Source of the DNA: an uncultured virus (IMG/VR IMGVR_UViG_3300028592_000009)
Taxonomy: Duplodnaviria; Heunggongvirae; Uroviricota; Caudoviricetes
Virus record (IMG/VR): IMGVR_UViG_3300028592_000009
Strand: one strand, 5' to 3'
DNA length: 20,000 nucleotides
The notes beneath the pieces were generated by a model. The model ran no database searches. It was given only the letters and a program-made list of their open reading frames with translations, and was not told the origin of the DNA. Of this stretch, positions 7,910-13,751 are shown in pieces. The translations under genes were made by a program, and so were the position numbers. How positions within the stretch are numbered: position 1 is the stretch's first letter; each line of letters opens with the position of its first letter.

Positions 7910-7973
7910 TGGTTGGAGAAGTGGTCTTGCCGGCATGCCCATAAGCAGGCTAGCCAGACGGATAGGGCGGCCA

Positions 7974-8069
7974 TCAGGCCGCGCCCCAGAAGATCGCCAG
8001 GCTGACGGCGACAACGCCGATCACGAACAGGATGCACCCGAGGGCCATCTGGTCTCCGCTAACACCCAT
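7974..8069 (-). CDS. single-TM micropeptide (31 aa)
   Basis: MGVSGDQMALGCILFVIGVVAVSLAIFWGAA; TGATG-coupled. Confidence 0.6.
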   Translation of the reverse strand: MGVSGDQMALGCILFVIGVVAVSLAIFWGAA

Positions 8070-8188
8070 CAGAAGAACTCCACCTTCGAAACGATGAACA
8101 TGAGCACGGACATGAGGACCATCCCGACCGCCATCAGCGCGAGCAGGAACAGGAAGCAGCCGCGCGCTTCCTCGTAGCCGTCGGCCAT
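8069..8188 (-). CDS. single-TM micropeptide (39 aa)
   Basis: MADGYEEARGCFLFLLALMAVGMVLMSVLMFIVSKVEFF; TGATG-coupled. Confidence 0.65.
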   Translation of the reverse strand: MADGYEEARGCFLFLLALMAVGMVLMSVLMFIVSKVEFF

Positions 8189-8307
8189 CAGAACACCAGC
8201 CCCATCAGGATGGTGAAGCCGACACCCAAGGCGAACCCCAGTCCGCCGAGACCGACAAGTATCTTGAACAGGTCGCTCCTGTCGCGATCGCTGGAACCCA
8301 TCAGCAT
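8188..8307 (-). CDS. single-TM micropeptide (39 aa, Gly-rich helix)
   Basis: MLMGSSDRDRSDLFKILVGLGGLGFALGVGFTILMGLVF; TGATG-coupled. Confidence 0.62.
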   Translation of the reverse strand: MLMGSSDRDRSDLFKILVGLGGLGFALGVGFTILMGLVF

Positions 8308-8435
8308 CAGTGCTTCCTGCCCTTCTTGTCCTTGCCGGTGTTCTTGATGAGGACGTAGACGATCCAGCAGATCACGGCGATGAAGCCGAAGAACAGCAGG
8401 GTGTCCACGATGAGGATGAACAGTTCAGCGGGCAT
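8307..8435 (-). CDS. single-TM micropeptide (42 aa, basic C-tail)
   Basis: MPAELFILIVDTLLFFGFIAVICWIVYVLIKNTGKDKKGRKH; SD AAGGAG after HHR8. Confidence 0.72.
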   Translation of the reverse strand: MPAELFILIVDTLLFFGFIAVICWIVYVLIKNTGKDKKGRKH

Positions 8436-8446
8436 GCACTCTCCTT

Positions 8447-8529
8447 GAGCTCGTCAGCACGGCCACCTAGCCGTGGACGAGCCCCGGGCGAAGGGGTGTT
8501 GGGGAGTCCGCCCGGGGCTCGTTTCGCTC
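8447..8529 (-). ncRNA. type II hammerhead ribozyme HHR8
   Basis: A-GAGC GAAA CGAGCCCCGGGCG-(18-nt C-rich loop)-CGCCCGGGGCTCG TC^ CACGGC-TAGGTG-GCCGTG CTGACGA GCTC. Predicted cut 3' of 8476. Confidence 0.94.
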
Positions 8530-8533
8530 TGTC

Positions 8534-8842
8534 CTACTTGTCCGTCGGGACGTTGACGACCGCGTCGTCCGAGCCCCAGCCCGCGTTCGGGTCCGAGCCC
8601 TGGTCCTGCGGGATGTTGACGACCTCGCTGTCGTTGCCGAGGTACTGGTTCTCGTCGCCCATGTTGGCGATCTCCTTCTTGATCTGGTTCCAGATCGTCT
8701 CGTCGTCGAGGTGCGGGAACGTCTTCTTGGCGATGACGAAGACCGACTGAATCTCGATGTCTCCCTCAGCCCAGCAGGGCATGCTGCCCGGGCCCGGCAC
8801 CTTCTGCTTGGTCAGCTCCTGGATGTCGAGCTCGACCTTCAT
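8534..8842 (-). CDS. hypothetical acidic protein (102 aa)
   Basis: SD AGGAGG after HHR9; internal repeat DSEVVNIP/DDAVVNVP. Confidence 0.78.
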   Translation of the reverse strand: MKVELDIQELTKQKVPGPGSMPCWAEGDIEIQSVFVIAKKTFPHLDDETIWNQIKKEIANMGDENQYLGNDSEVVNIPQDQGSDPNAGWGSDDAVVNVPTDK

Positions 8843-8852
8843 GCTTCCTCCT

Positions 8853-8911
8853 AGGACTCATCAGCACGGCTTCCTTAGCCGTGGACCCGGCTGGCTACCG
8901 GGTTTCGTCCT
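8853..8911 (-). ncRNA. type II hammerhead ribozyme HHR9
   Basis: (TG)A-GGAC GAAA CCCGG-TAGCCAG-CCGGG TC^ CACGGC-TAAGGAA-GCCGTG CTGATGA GTCC. Abuts the upstream stop codon. Predicted cut 3' of 8884. Confidence 0.96.
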
Positions 8912-9237
8912 CAGTTGAACTGCGCCTCGACCAGCGTCCTGTGTCGGCGGATGGCCTGGCGTACCGCGTCGTACTTCGCCCCGTGCCGGAACGCCACGGC
9001 CTGCATGGCGCCTCTGACGCATCCGAGCTTGACCCAGTCCTCGTACAGCCTGGCGTCCGACACCCTGAGCGGAATGTACTCGCGCTGGACGATGTCGTAC
9101 CGAGCCTTGAGCCGCCTGCGGATGCAGGTTTCGGTCACTCCGTACTGGAGCGCCGTCTGCGAGACGTTCCGACCGAGCAGCTCCCACATCGTGTGGATGC
9201 GCTCGTTGTCCTGGGGCAGCTGGCTGGTTGCCGGCAT
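8911..9237 (-). CDS. putative double-HTH DNA-binding protein (108 aa)
   Basis: NVSQTALQYGVTETCIRRRLK and AMQAVAFRHGAKYDAVRQAIRR; SD GGAGG after HHR10. Confidence 0.72.
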   Translation of the reverse strand: MPATSQLPQDNERIHTMWELLGRNVSQTALQYGVTETCIRRRLKARYDIVQREYIPLRVSDARLYEDWVKLGCVRGAMQAVAFRHGAKYDAVRQAIRRHRTLVEAQFN

Positions 9238-9248
9238 GCTCACCTCCG

Positions 9249-9322
9249 AGACTCTTCAGCAGCGCCGTTCAGCGCCGGACAGCCCGCCCCCGGGTCATGG
9301 CCAAGGGCGGACTGTTTCGTCT
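9249..9322 (-). ncRNA. type II hammerhead ribozyme HHR10
   Basis: A-AGAC GAAA CAGTCCGCCCTTG...CGGGGGCGGGCTG TC^ CGGCGC-TGAACG-GCGCTG CTGAAGA GTCT. Predicted cut 3' of 9278. Confidence 0.93.
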
Positions 9323-9333
9323 TGTTGTGTTGC

Positions 9334-9737
9334 CTGCACCCCTGTGGGACCTACCACAGCGCTTGTGCAGTTCGCAGCTAGCTTTGCACCTTGCCTACCA
9401 ACCTGATGTGTCCACGTAGAAGCGGGTTCCGTGTCTCCCTCGCTTGTACGTGGCCGTCCCAGGCCAGTCGCGTGCTGTCAGCCTCTCGGCTGTCGCCTGC
9501 CACTACCGGTTGTGTGGGGGTCCGGTTCCCGTCTCGAGTCAGCCGCCTGCTGGACACCTTCTCCAGAGGGGGCGATTAAGGCCGTCTCCCTTGGCCCGCC
9601 CGGGTTGTCGTCACCGGGCTCCGAGTTCGACCGCGAGGGCCAGCTTGGGGGATGGGTTCCCGGTTCACCCGTAGGTCGCTTCCGGTCCGCTCTCCCCGCC
9701 TCAGAGGGGGTCGGACCCTCTGCGACTCGGTGTTACG
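9334..9737 (-). ncRNA. structured leader RNA, copy B (unassigned family)
   Basis: About 400 nt without a credible ORF; homologous to 5613-5847 with compensatory changes and insertions. Confidence 0.75.
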
Positions 9738-9876
9738 AGGAGAACTATGCCCCAGTCGGGCTGAGAAGGCAAACAGCCTCCTACCTGGTCATTCATCGGA
9801 AAAGCCCTGGTAGGAGGCTTGCGAACAATCTTGAAGTTTTTTGAAGAAATCATGAAAGCCCTGGTAGGAGGCTTGC
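9733..9876. repeat. duplicated promoter/operator module, copy B, with an internal 22-bp direct repeat
   Basis: AAAGCCCTGGTAGGAGGCTTGC at 9801-9822 and 9855-9876; inverted partial copy AGCCTCCTACC at 9775-9785. Confidence 0.85.
9744..9772 (-). promoter_or_regulatory. promoter driving the HHR10-HHR5 operon
   Basis: TTGCCT-N17-CATAGT. Confidence 0.75.
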
Positions 9877-10003
9877 CGGCATGCCGAAGCCGTAGGCGCC
9901 CCGTAGGCGGCTCGCGAGCGCTCGCGAGGGCGCGGGTATCCGGGCGCGCCCGTTCGCCCCGTAGGCGGCCACGTAGCGGCTCTGCCGGGGCCGGAACGCA
10001 GAA

Positions 10004-10032
10004 CAGCCCCGCTCCCTCTCGGGGCGGGGCTG
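10004..10032 (-). terminator. intrinsic terminator
   Basis: 12-bp GC hairpin just after the stop at 10046, followed by TTCT on the minus strand. Confidence 0.7.
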
Positions 10033-10045
10033 CTGGGGCTGGATG

Positions 10046-10417
10046 CTAGTCGACGAACTCGCTCAGGATCGCGTAGACCTCGACCTTGGCCTTGCGGGTC
10101 GTGGCCGCCTCGGCGTTGACCCAGGGGCTCGTCGACTGGACGCCGTAGTCCTCGATCAGCTCGTCGCGCATCCGGCGGACCCGGTAGACCAGCTGCTTGG
10201 ACTGCTCGACCGCGTCGGCCTTGTACTTCTCGGCGACCAGGTACAGGCGGGTCCAGGCGTCCAGGACAGCCTCGGCCTTGGCCACGTCCTCCATCCGGCT
10301 GACCGGGACCCTGGTCGGCTCGGCGATCGCCTTGGTCAGCGCGTCGTACGCCTTGTTGAGGTTGGTGTTGGCCTTGGCGGCCTCAGCGATCACGGCGGCG
10401 GCGAGGGACTGGTACAC
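10046..10417 (-). CDS. hypothetical helical protein (123 aa)
   Basis: GTG start after AACAACAACAAGGAG. Confidence 0.8.
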   Translation of the reverse strand: MYQSLAAAVIAEAAKANTNLNKAYDALTKAIAEPTRVPVSRMEDVAKAEAVLDAWTRLYLVAEKYKADAVEQSKQLVYRVRRMRDELIEDYGVQSTSPWVNAEAATTRKAKVEVYAILSEFVD

Positions 10418-10459
10418 GGCGTTCTCCTTGTTGTTGTTCCGGTTGGCCTTACAGTAAGA

Positions 10460-10488
10460 ACCATACCCCAGTCAGGGTGGAGGCGCTA
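10460..10488 (-). promoter_or_regulatory. array promoter
   Basis: TAGCGC-N17-TATGGT. Confidence 0.75.
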
Positions 10489-10512
10489 CCCTCCACCCCG
10501 GGCTTTCCTGGA

Positions 10513-11073
10513 CTAGTTGTCGAGCTTGGGGCAGCAGGGCTTGGCGTCGTAGGCCATGTAGTTGTCCTCCAGGCTCGACTCACCCGAGTCGATCATGTCG
10601 GCGTAGATGATGTGGGTGACCTCGGTGTGGCTGCTGACCGTGACCGTCTCCTGGCTGTCGCCCTTGCGGCGGCTGCGCTTAATGTCGGCGCAACCCGCCT
10701 TGTGGACCTCCGGCTCGCCGTTGCCCTTGTACAGGATGGTGAGCTTGACCTTCTCGGCGGGCTCGACCGGGGCGGCCTCCTCGACCTTGGGCGACTCCTC
10801 CTTGCCGGCACGCAGCTTGGCCAGCTCGGCCTCCAGGCGCGCCTTCTTGCGCTCGGCCGCACCCTTGCGCTTCGCCTCGGCCTTGGCCTTGCGCTCGGCC
10901 AGGGAGGCCTGGTTCTCGGGGGAGGCCTGGAAGTCCATGCGGAGGGTGGTGACCAGCTGGACGGTCTTCAGGTCGACCTCGACCCCGGTCTTCTCGGTGA
11001 TCCAGGCGGCGAACGCCTTGTGGAGGTCGGTGGGGGCGGCGGCGGCGCGCTCGGCGAAGGACTGCTTGGCCAT
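10513..11073 (-). CDS. hypothetical protein (186 aa), paralog of 5030-5515, with C-terminal H..C..C..C domain
   Basis: Shared N-terminal domain; VHKAGCADI...KPCCPKL. Confidence 0.85.
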   Translation of the reverse strand: MAKQSFAERAAAAPTDLHKAFAAWITEKTGVEVDLKTVQLVTTLRMDFQASPENQASLAERKAKAEAKRKGAAERKKARLEAELAKLRAGKEESPKVEEAAPVEPAEKVKLTILYKGNGEPEVHKAGCADIKRSRRKGDSQETVTVSSHTEVTHIIYADMIDSGESSLEDNYMAYDAKPCCPKLDN

Positions 11074-11123
11074 TGTGGCTCCTCGTGTTAGGCTCGGGCT
11101 TCCTGCCCTCGCTCATGAGTAGA

Positions 11124-11152
11124 ACTTTACCCCAGTGGACTGGAGGTGGCTA
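11124..11152 (-). promoter_or_regulatory. array promoter
   Basis: TAGCCA-N17-TAAAGT. Confidence 0.8.
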
Positions 11153-11244
11153 CCTCCATTTGCAACTTTCTTGAAGATTCTTTCGGGAGGCCGTAGGCGG
11201 CTGTCTGCCGGCATGCCGGCATGAGCGGGGCGCCGGGCATGGGC

Positions 11245-11274
11245 GAGGCCCCCTCCTGGTGCGGAGGAGGCCTC
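11245..11274 (-). terminator. hairpin terminator
   Basis: GAGGCCCCCTCC..GGAGGAGGCCTC after the stop at 11290. Confidence 0.55.
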
Positions 11275-11289
11275 TACGAGGCGGGGCGG

Positions 11290-11559
11290 TCAGAGCTTGG
11301 GGAAGTAGTGCGCCAGGTCGAGGTCCATCTGGTCGGGGTTGTCGCTGGGGTGCTCGACCACGTCGTACCCCTTGGCGCTGAGGTTGTTGTGTCGGACCCA
11401 GTAGACCCAGCAGTCCTCGTCGCCGGTCTCCATGATCTCCAGCCAGGGCCCCTTGTGGCGGTAGGTGGTGGAGACGTCGAATCCAGTCTCGGCCGACGCC
11501 TGAACCATCGCCACGAGCTCCTCGATGCGGATCATGCCGTCCTCCTCGTTGTTGTCCAT
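11290..11559 (-). CDS. hypothetical protein (89 aa), probably leaderless
   Basis: ATG lies 6 nt after the -10 hexamer; begins MDNN. An internal start at M9 after GAGGAGG is possible. Confidence 0.75.
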   Translation of the reverse strand: MDNNEEDGMIRIEELVAMVQASAETGFDVSTTYRHKGPWLEIMETGDEDCWVYWVRHNNLSAKGYDVVEHPSDNPDQMDLDLAHYFPKL

Positions 11560-11565
11560 GGGTAG

Positions 11566-11594
11566 AGTCTACGCCACTGCACATGTGCTGGCTA
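11566..11594 (-). promoter_or_regulatory. array promoter
   Basis: TAGCCA-N17-TAGACT. Confidence 0.78.
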
Positions 11595-11666
11595 CCTCCA
11601 TGTGCGATTTGCTTTCGCAAACAGCAAAGCTCCGGCTGGCTGCCGGGGCTCGGGGTGTGGCTCGGT

Positions 11667-12014
11667 CTAGCTCTCAATCGCGGGCCGCGCCCGGAGGCGC
11701 TCCTGCGCCGCGATGATCATCGCCCGCAGCGCGGGGACATCGGGCTCGTCCGCGCTCGTTACGTCGTCGTACAGCTCACGCGCCGTCGCCTCCAGGTCCT
11801 CGACCAGCTCCATGTTCTCGGGCGTCATCTCGTCGTACATCGCGCAGTTGCAGTACGACCGGCTCCCGCACCCGCACCCCGTCGCCTTGAGCACGTACAG
11901 CTCGCTCGTGTCGTCCTTGACCGCCAGCATCGCCACGCCCGCCAGGTCGTACCGCTCCTGCGTGATGTCGACGTCGCCCAGGACCGCGTAGCCGGGGATC
12001 TTGTACTCGCTCAT
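11667..12014 (-). CDS. hypothetical protein (115 aa) with a CGCGxxxYCNC motif
   Basis: ATG after AACAACAACAAGGAG. Confidence 0.78.
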   Translation of the reverse strand: MSEYKIPGYAVLGDVDITQERYDLAGVAMLAVKDDTSELYVLKATGCGCGSRSYCNCAMYDEMTPENMELVEDLEATARELYDDVTSADEPDVPALRAMIIAAQERLRARPAIES

Positions 12015-12041
12015 CGTCTGCTCCTTGTTGTTGTTGATGGA

Positions 12042-12070
12042 ACTATACTTCATGCCGGCTGGAGGCGCTA
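12042..12070 (-). promoter_or_regulatory. array promoter
   Basis: TAGCGC-N17-TATAGT. Confidence 0.8.
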
Positions 12071-12093
12071 CCCTCCAGCCGGAGAAGTTTCCG

Positions 12094-12339
12094 CTAGGAC
12101 ACCAGGGCCATGCGGACCGCCTGGATGATCTCCGAGGTGGTGAGGTCCGACTCCTCGGGCAGGGCGTCCATCAGGTCGAAGGACGCGGCCTTGAGGTGCA
12201 GCGGCATCGCCTTGCCCGCCGCGAAGTTCTCGGCGACAACGTCCAGCTCGCGGGCGGCGGTGAGGAGGCGCTGGGAGCGGAGGCGGTCGGCCTCGAAGAG
12301 GGCGGTGGCGATCACGGTGGTGAGGTTGATCATGTCCAT
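12094..12339 (-). CDS. hypothetical protein (81 aa)
   Basis: SD AGGAGG after AACAACAAC. Confidence 0.75.
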   Translation of the reverse strand: MDMINLTTVIATALFEADRLRSQRLLTAARELDVVAENFAAGKAMPLHLKAASFDLMDALPEESDLTTSEIIQAVRMALVS

Positions 12340-12379
12340 GGGTCGGTCCTCCTGGTTGTTGTTCTCGCTTACAGTAAGA

Positions 12380-12408
12380 ACTATACCCCAGCTGCAGTTG
12401 TGCGACTA
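12380..12408 (-). promoter_or_regulatory. array promoter
   Basis: TAGTCG-N17-TATAGT. Confidence 0.8.
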
Positions 12409-12546
12409 CCCCTTTGTGCAAACTTTCTTGAGATTCTTTTAGAGGCGCTACGTGGCCGTGTAAGGGCCTGCCGGCAAGCAAGGGTGCGCGGGTACGCAGA
12501 AGGCGCCCGCCTCCTGTGAGACGGGCGCCTACGGGCTCTTACGGGG

Positions 12547-12939
12547 TCAGAACGCCCGGCTGTGGACCAGTACCACCGAGAGCAGCTCGGCGGCCTCAAC
12601 GTGCGCCCGGGTCCACTCCTGGATCACCCGGATCATCGCCTGGTGCTCGGTCTTGTCTGCCGGCATGGTCAGGCGGCGGGTGGGCTTGCGGGTCTTGCCC
12701 TGGTACGTGTACGTGAGCTCGAAGCTCCACTCAATCGTCTTCGGCTCGGGCAGCCACTCCGGGTTGGCGTTGGGGGCAACGGTCTCCAGCAGCGCCCGGC
12801 AGGTCGAGCACACGCGGCGCTGCCAGCTGGTCGCCATCCCGTGGTAGGTCTTGCCCTCGCGGATGACCGGCTCGGTGACGATCTCGGTGTCGGCCAGCGC
12901 CTTGGGCTGCTTGCAGTCGTAGCAGGTGGTCTCGGTCAT
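12547..12939 (-). CDS. zinc-ribbon (CxxC...CxxC) protein (130 aa)
   Basis: CYDC...CSTC; AACAACAACGAGGAG leader. Confidence 0.78.
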   Translation of the reverse strand: MTETTCYDCKQPKALADTEIVTEPVIREGKTYHGMATSWQRRVCSTCRALLETVAPNANPEWLPEPKTIEWSFELTYTYQGKTRKPTRRLTMPADKTEHQAMIRVIQEWTRAHVEAAELLSVVLVHSRAF

Positions 12940-12968
12940 GGCTGCTCCTCGTTGTTGTTCCTGAGAGA

Positions 12969-12997
12969 ACTCTACCCCAGTGGACTGGAGTTGACTA
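12969..12997 (-). promoter_or_regulatory. array promoter
   Basis: TAGTCA-N17-TAGAGT. Confidence 0.8.
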
Positions 12998-13004
12998 CCC
13001 CTTG

Positions 13005-13031
13005 CGGGGCCCGGTTCTGGACCGGGCCCCG
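13005..13031 (-). terminator. hairpin terminator
   Basis: CGGGGCCCGGT-TCTGG-ACCGGGCCCCG. Confidence 0.6.
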
Positions 13032-13038
13032 GGGTCGG

Positions 13039-13164
13039 CTACTCGGACTCGGCCTCCGCCCGCATCGCCTCGGCGGCCTGCGCCTCGTGTCCGGCGTCGG
13101 TGCCGTCGCAGCCGGGGTGGCTGAAGCAGGCGGTCCGGCGGTCCTCGGTGGGCTGCTCGCTCAT
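13039..13164 (-). CDS. small protein (41 aa)
   Basis: MSEQPTEDRRTACFSHPGCDGTDAGHEAQAAEAMRAEAESE; has its own promoter, AACAAC leader and terminator. Confidence 0.62.
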   Translation of the reverse strand: MSEQPTEDRRTACFSHPGCDGTDAGHEAQAAEAMRAEAESE

Positions 13165-13200
13165 GGTGTTCCCTCTCGTTGTTCTCTTGCTTACGAGTTC

Positions 13201-13229
13201 AGTATACTCCACTGCACATTGGTTGGCTA
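13201..13229 (-). promoter_or_regulatory. array promoter
   Basis: TAGCCA-N17-TATACT. Confidence 0.8.
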
Positions 13230-13248
13230 CCCCTTTGTGCAGATTGAT

Positions 13249-13276
13249 CGGGGCGGGTCCGCCGGGACCCGCCCCG
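13249..13276 (-). terminator. hairpin terminator
   Basis: CGGGGCGGGTCC-GCCG-GGACCCGCCCCG. Confidence 0.62.
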
Positions 13277-13282
13277 GTTCTA

Positions 13283-13525
13283 CTAGTAGCTCAGGCCGAC
13301 CCAGTAGGTCGCGGACACCGCGCCCCAACCGACACCCGGGGCGCCCATCTCCTTGGCCTTGGCGGTGACCTTGGTCAGGACGTCCTTGGAGCCACGGATC
13401 TTGTAGGTCTCGATGACCGGGGTGGTGGACTCGAAGCCCTCCTTGATGGTCACCGTGCACCAGCCGTTGCGGCCGATGCGGACCTCGAAGCGCGTGTCCT
13501 TCGGGAGGGTCTTGTTCTCGTCCAT
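13283..13525 (-). CDS. hypothetical protein (80 aa)
   Basis: MDENKTLPK...; AACAACAAGAAGGAG leader. Confidence 0.75.
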   Translation of the reverse strand: MDENKTLPKDTRFEVRIGRNGWCTVTIKEGFESTTPVIETYKIRGSKDVLTKVTAKAKEMGAPGVGWGAVSATYWVGLSY

Positions 13526-13571
13526 GTCCTGCTCCTTCTTGTTGTTCGAGGCTCCTTGCCTCATGAGTAGA

Positions 13572-13600
13572 ACTTTACTCCAGTCCACTGCAGCTGGCTA
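13572..13600 (-). promoter_or_regulatory. array promoter
   Basis: TAGCCA-N17-TAAAGT. Confidence 0.8.
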
Positions 13601-13668
13601 CCTGCAATCGCAACTTTCTTCAAGATTCTTTCAGACTCATGCCGGCTTGGATTCCAGGCATCAAACCA

Positions 13669-13697
13669 AGTCTACTCCATGCCGGCTTGTATGGCTA
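13669..13697 (-). promoter_or_regulatory. array promoter (tandem, no ORF of its own)
   Basis: TAGCCA-N17-TAGACT. Confidence 0.7.
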
Positions 13698-13712
13698 CTC
13701 TCCAGGCGCAAC

Positions 13713-13743
13713 AAAAAGCGGCCCACCCCGAAGGGCAGGCCGC
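13713..13743 (-). terminator. intrinsic terminator
   Basis: GC hairpin with a cUUCGg loop plus T5 on the minus strand. Confidence 0.72.
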
Positions 13744-13751
13744 CGGGCCGG

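Noticed and set aside
3335..9322. Reading the ribozyme repeats as CRISPR repeats, attC sites or plain terminators
   Set aside because: There are no identical direct repeats, cas or integrase genes, or U-tracts. The conserved bases are exactly the hammerhead core and the rest covaries.
3335..9322. Alternative topology in which CUGANGA of one element pairs with GAAA of the next, looping out a gene
   Set aside because: Stem II pairs within each local element in 10/10 cases, but across neighbours in only 3 of 9 (HHR10/9, 5/4, 2/1, each with a wobble).
9890..9980. Recurrent CGTAGGCG words (also near 1612, 4356, 11192, 12526)
   Set aside because: Short, GC-rich and inconsistently placed; I cannot separate it from background without a statistical test.
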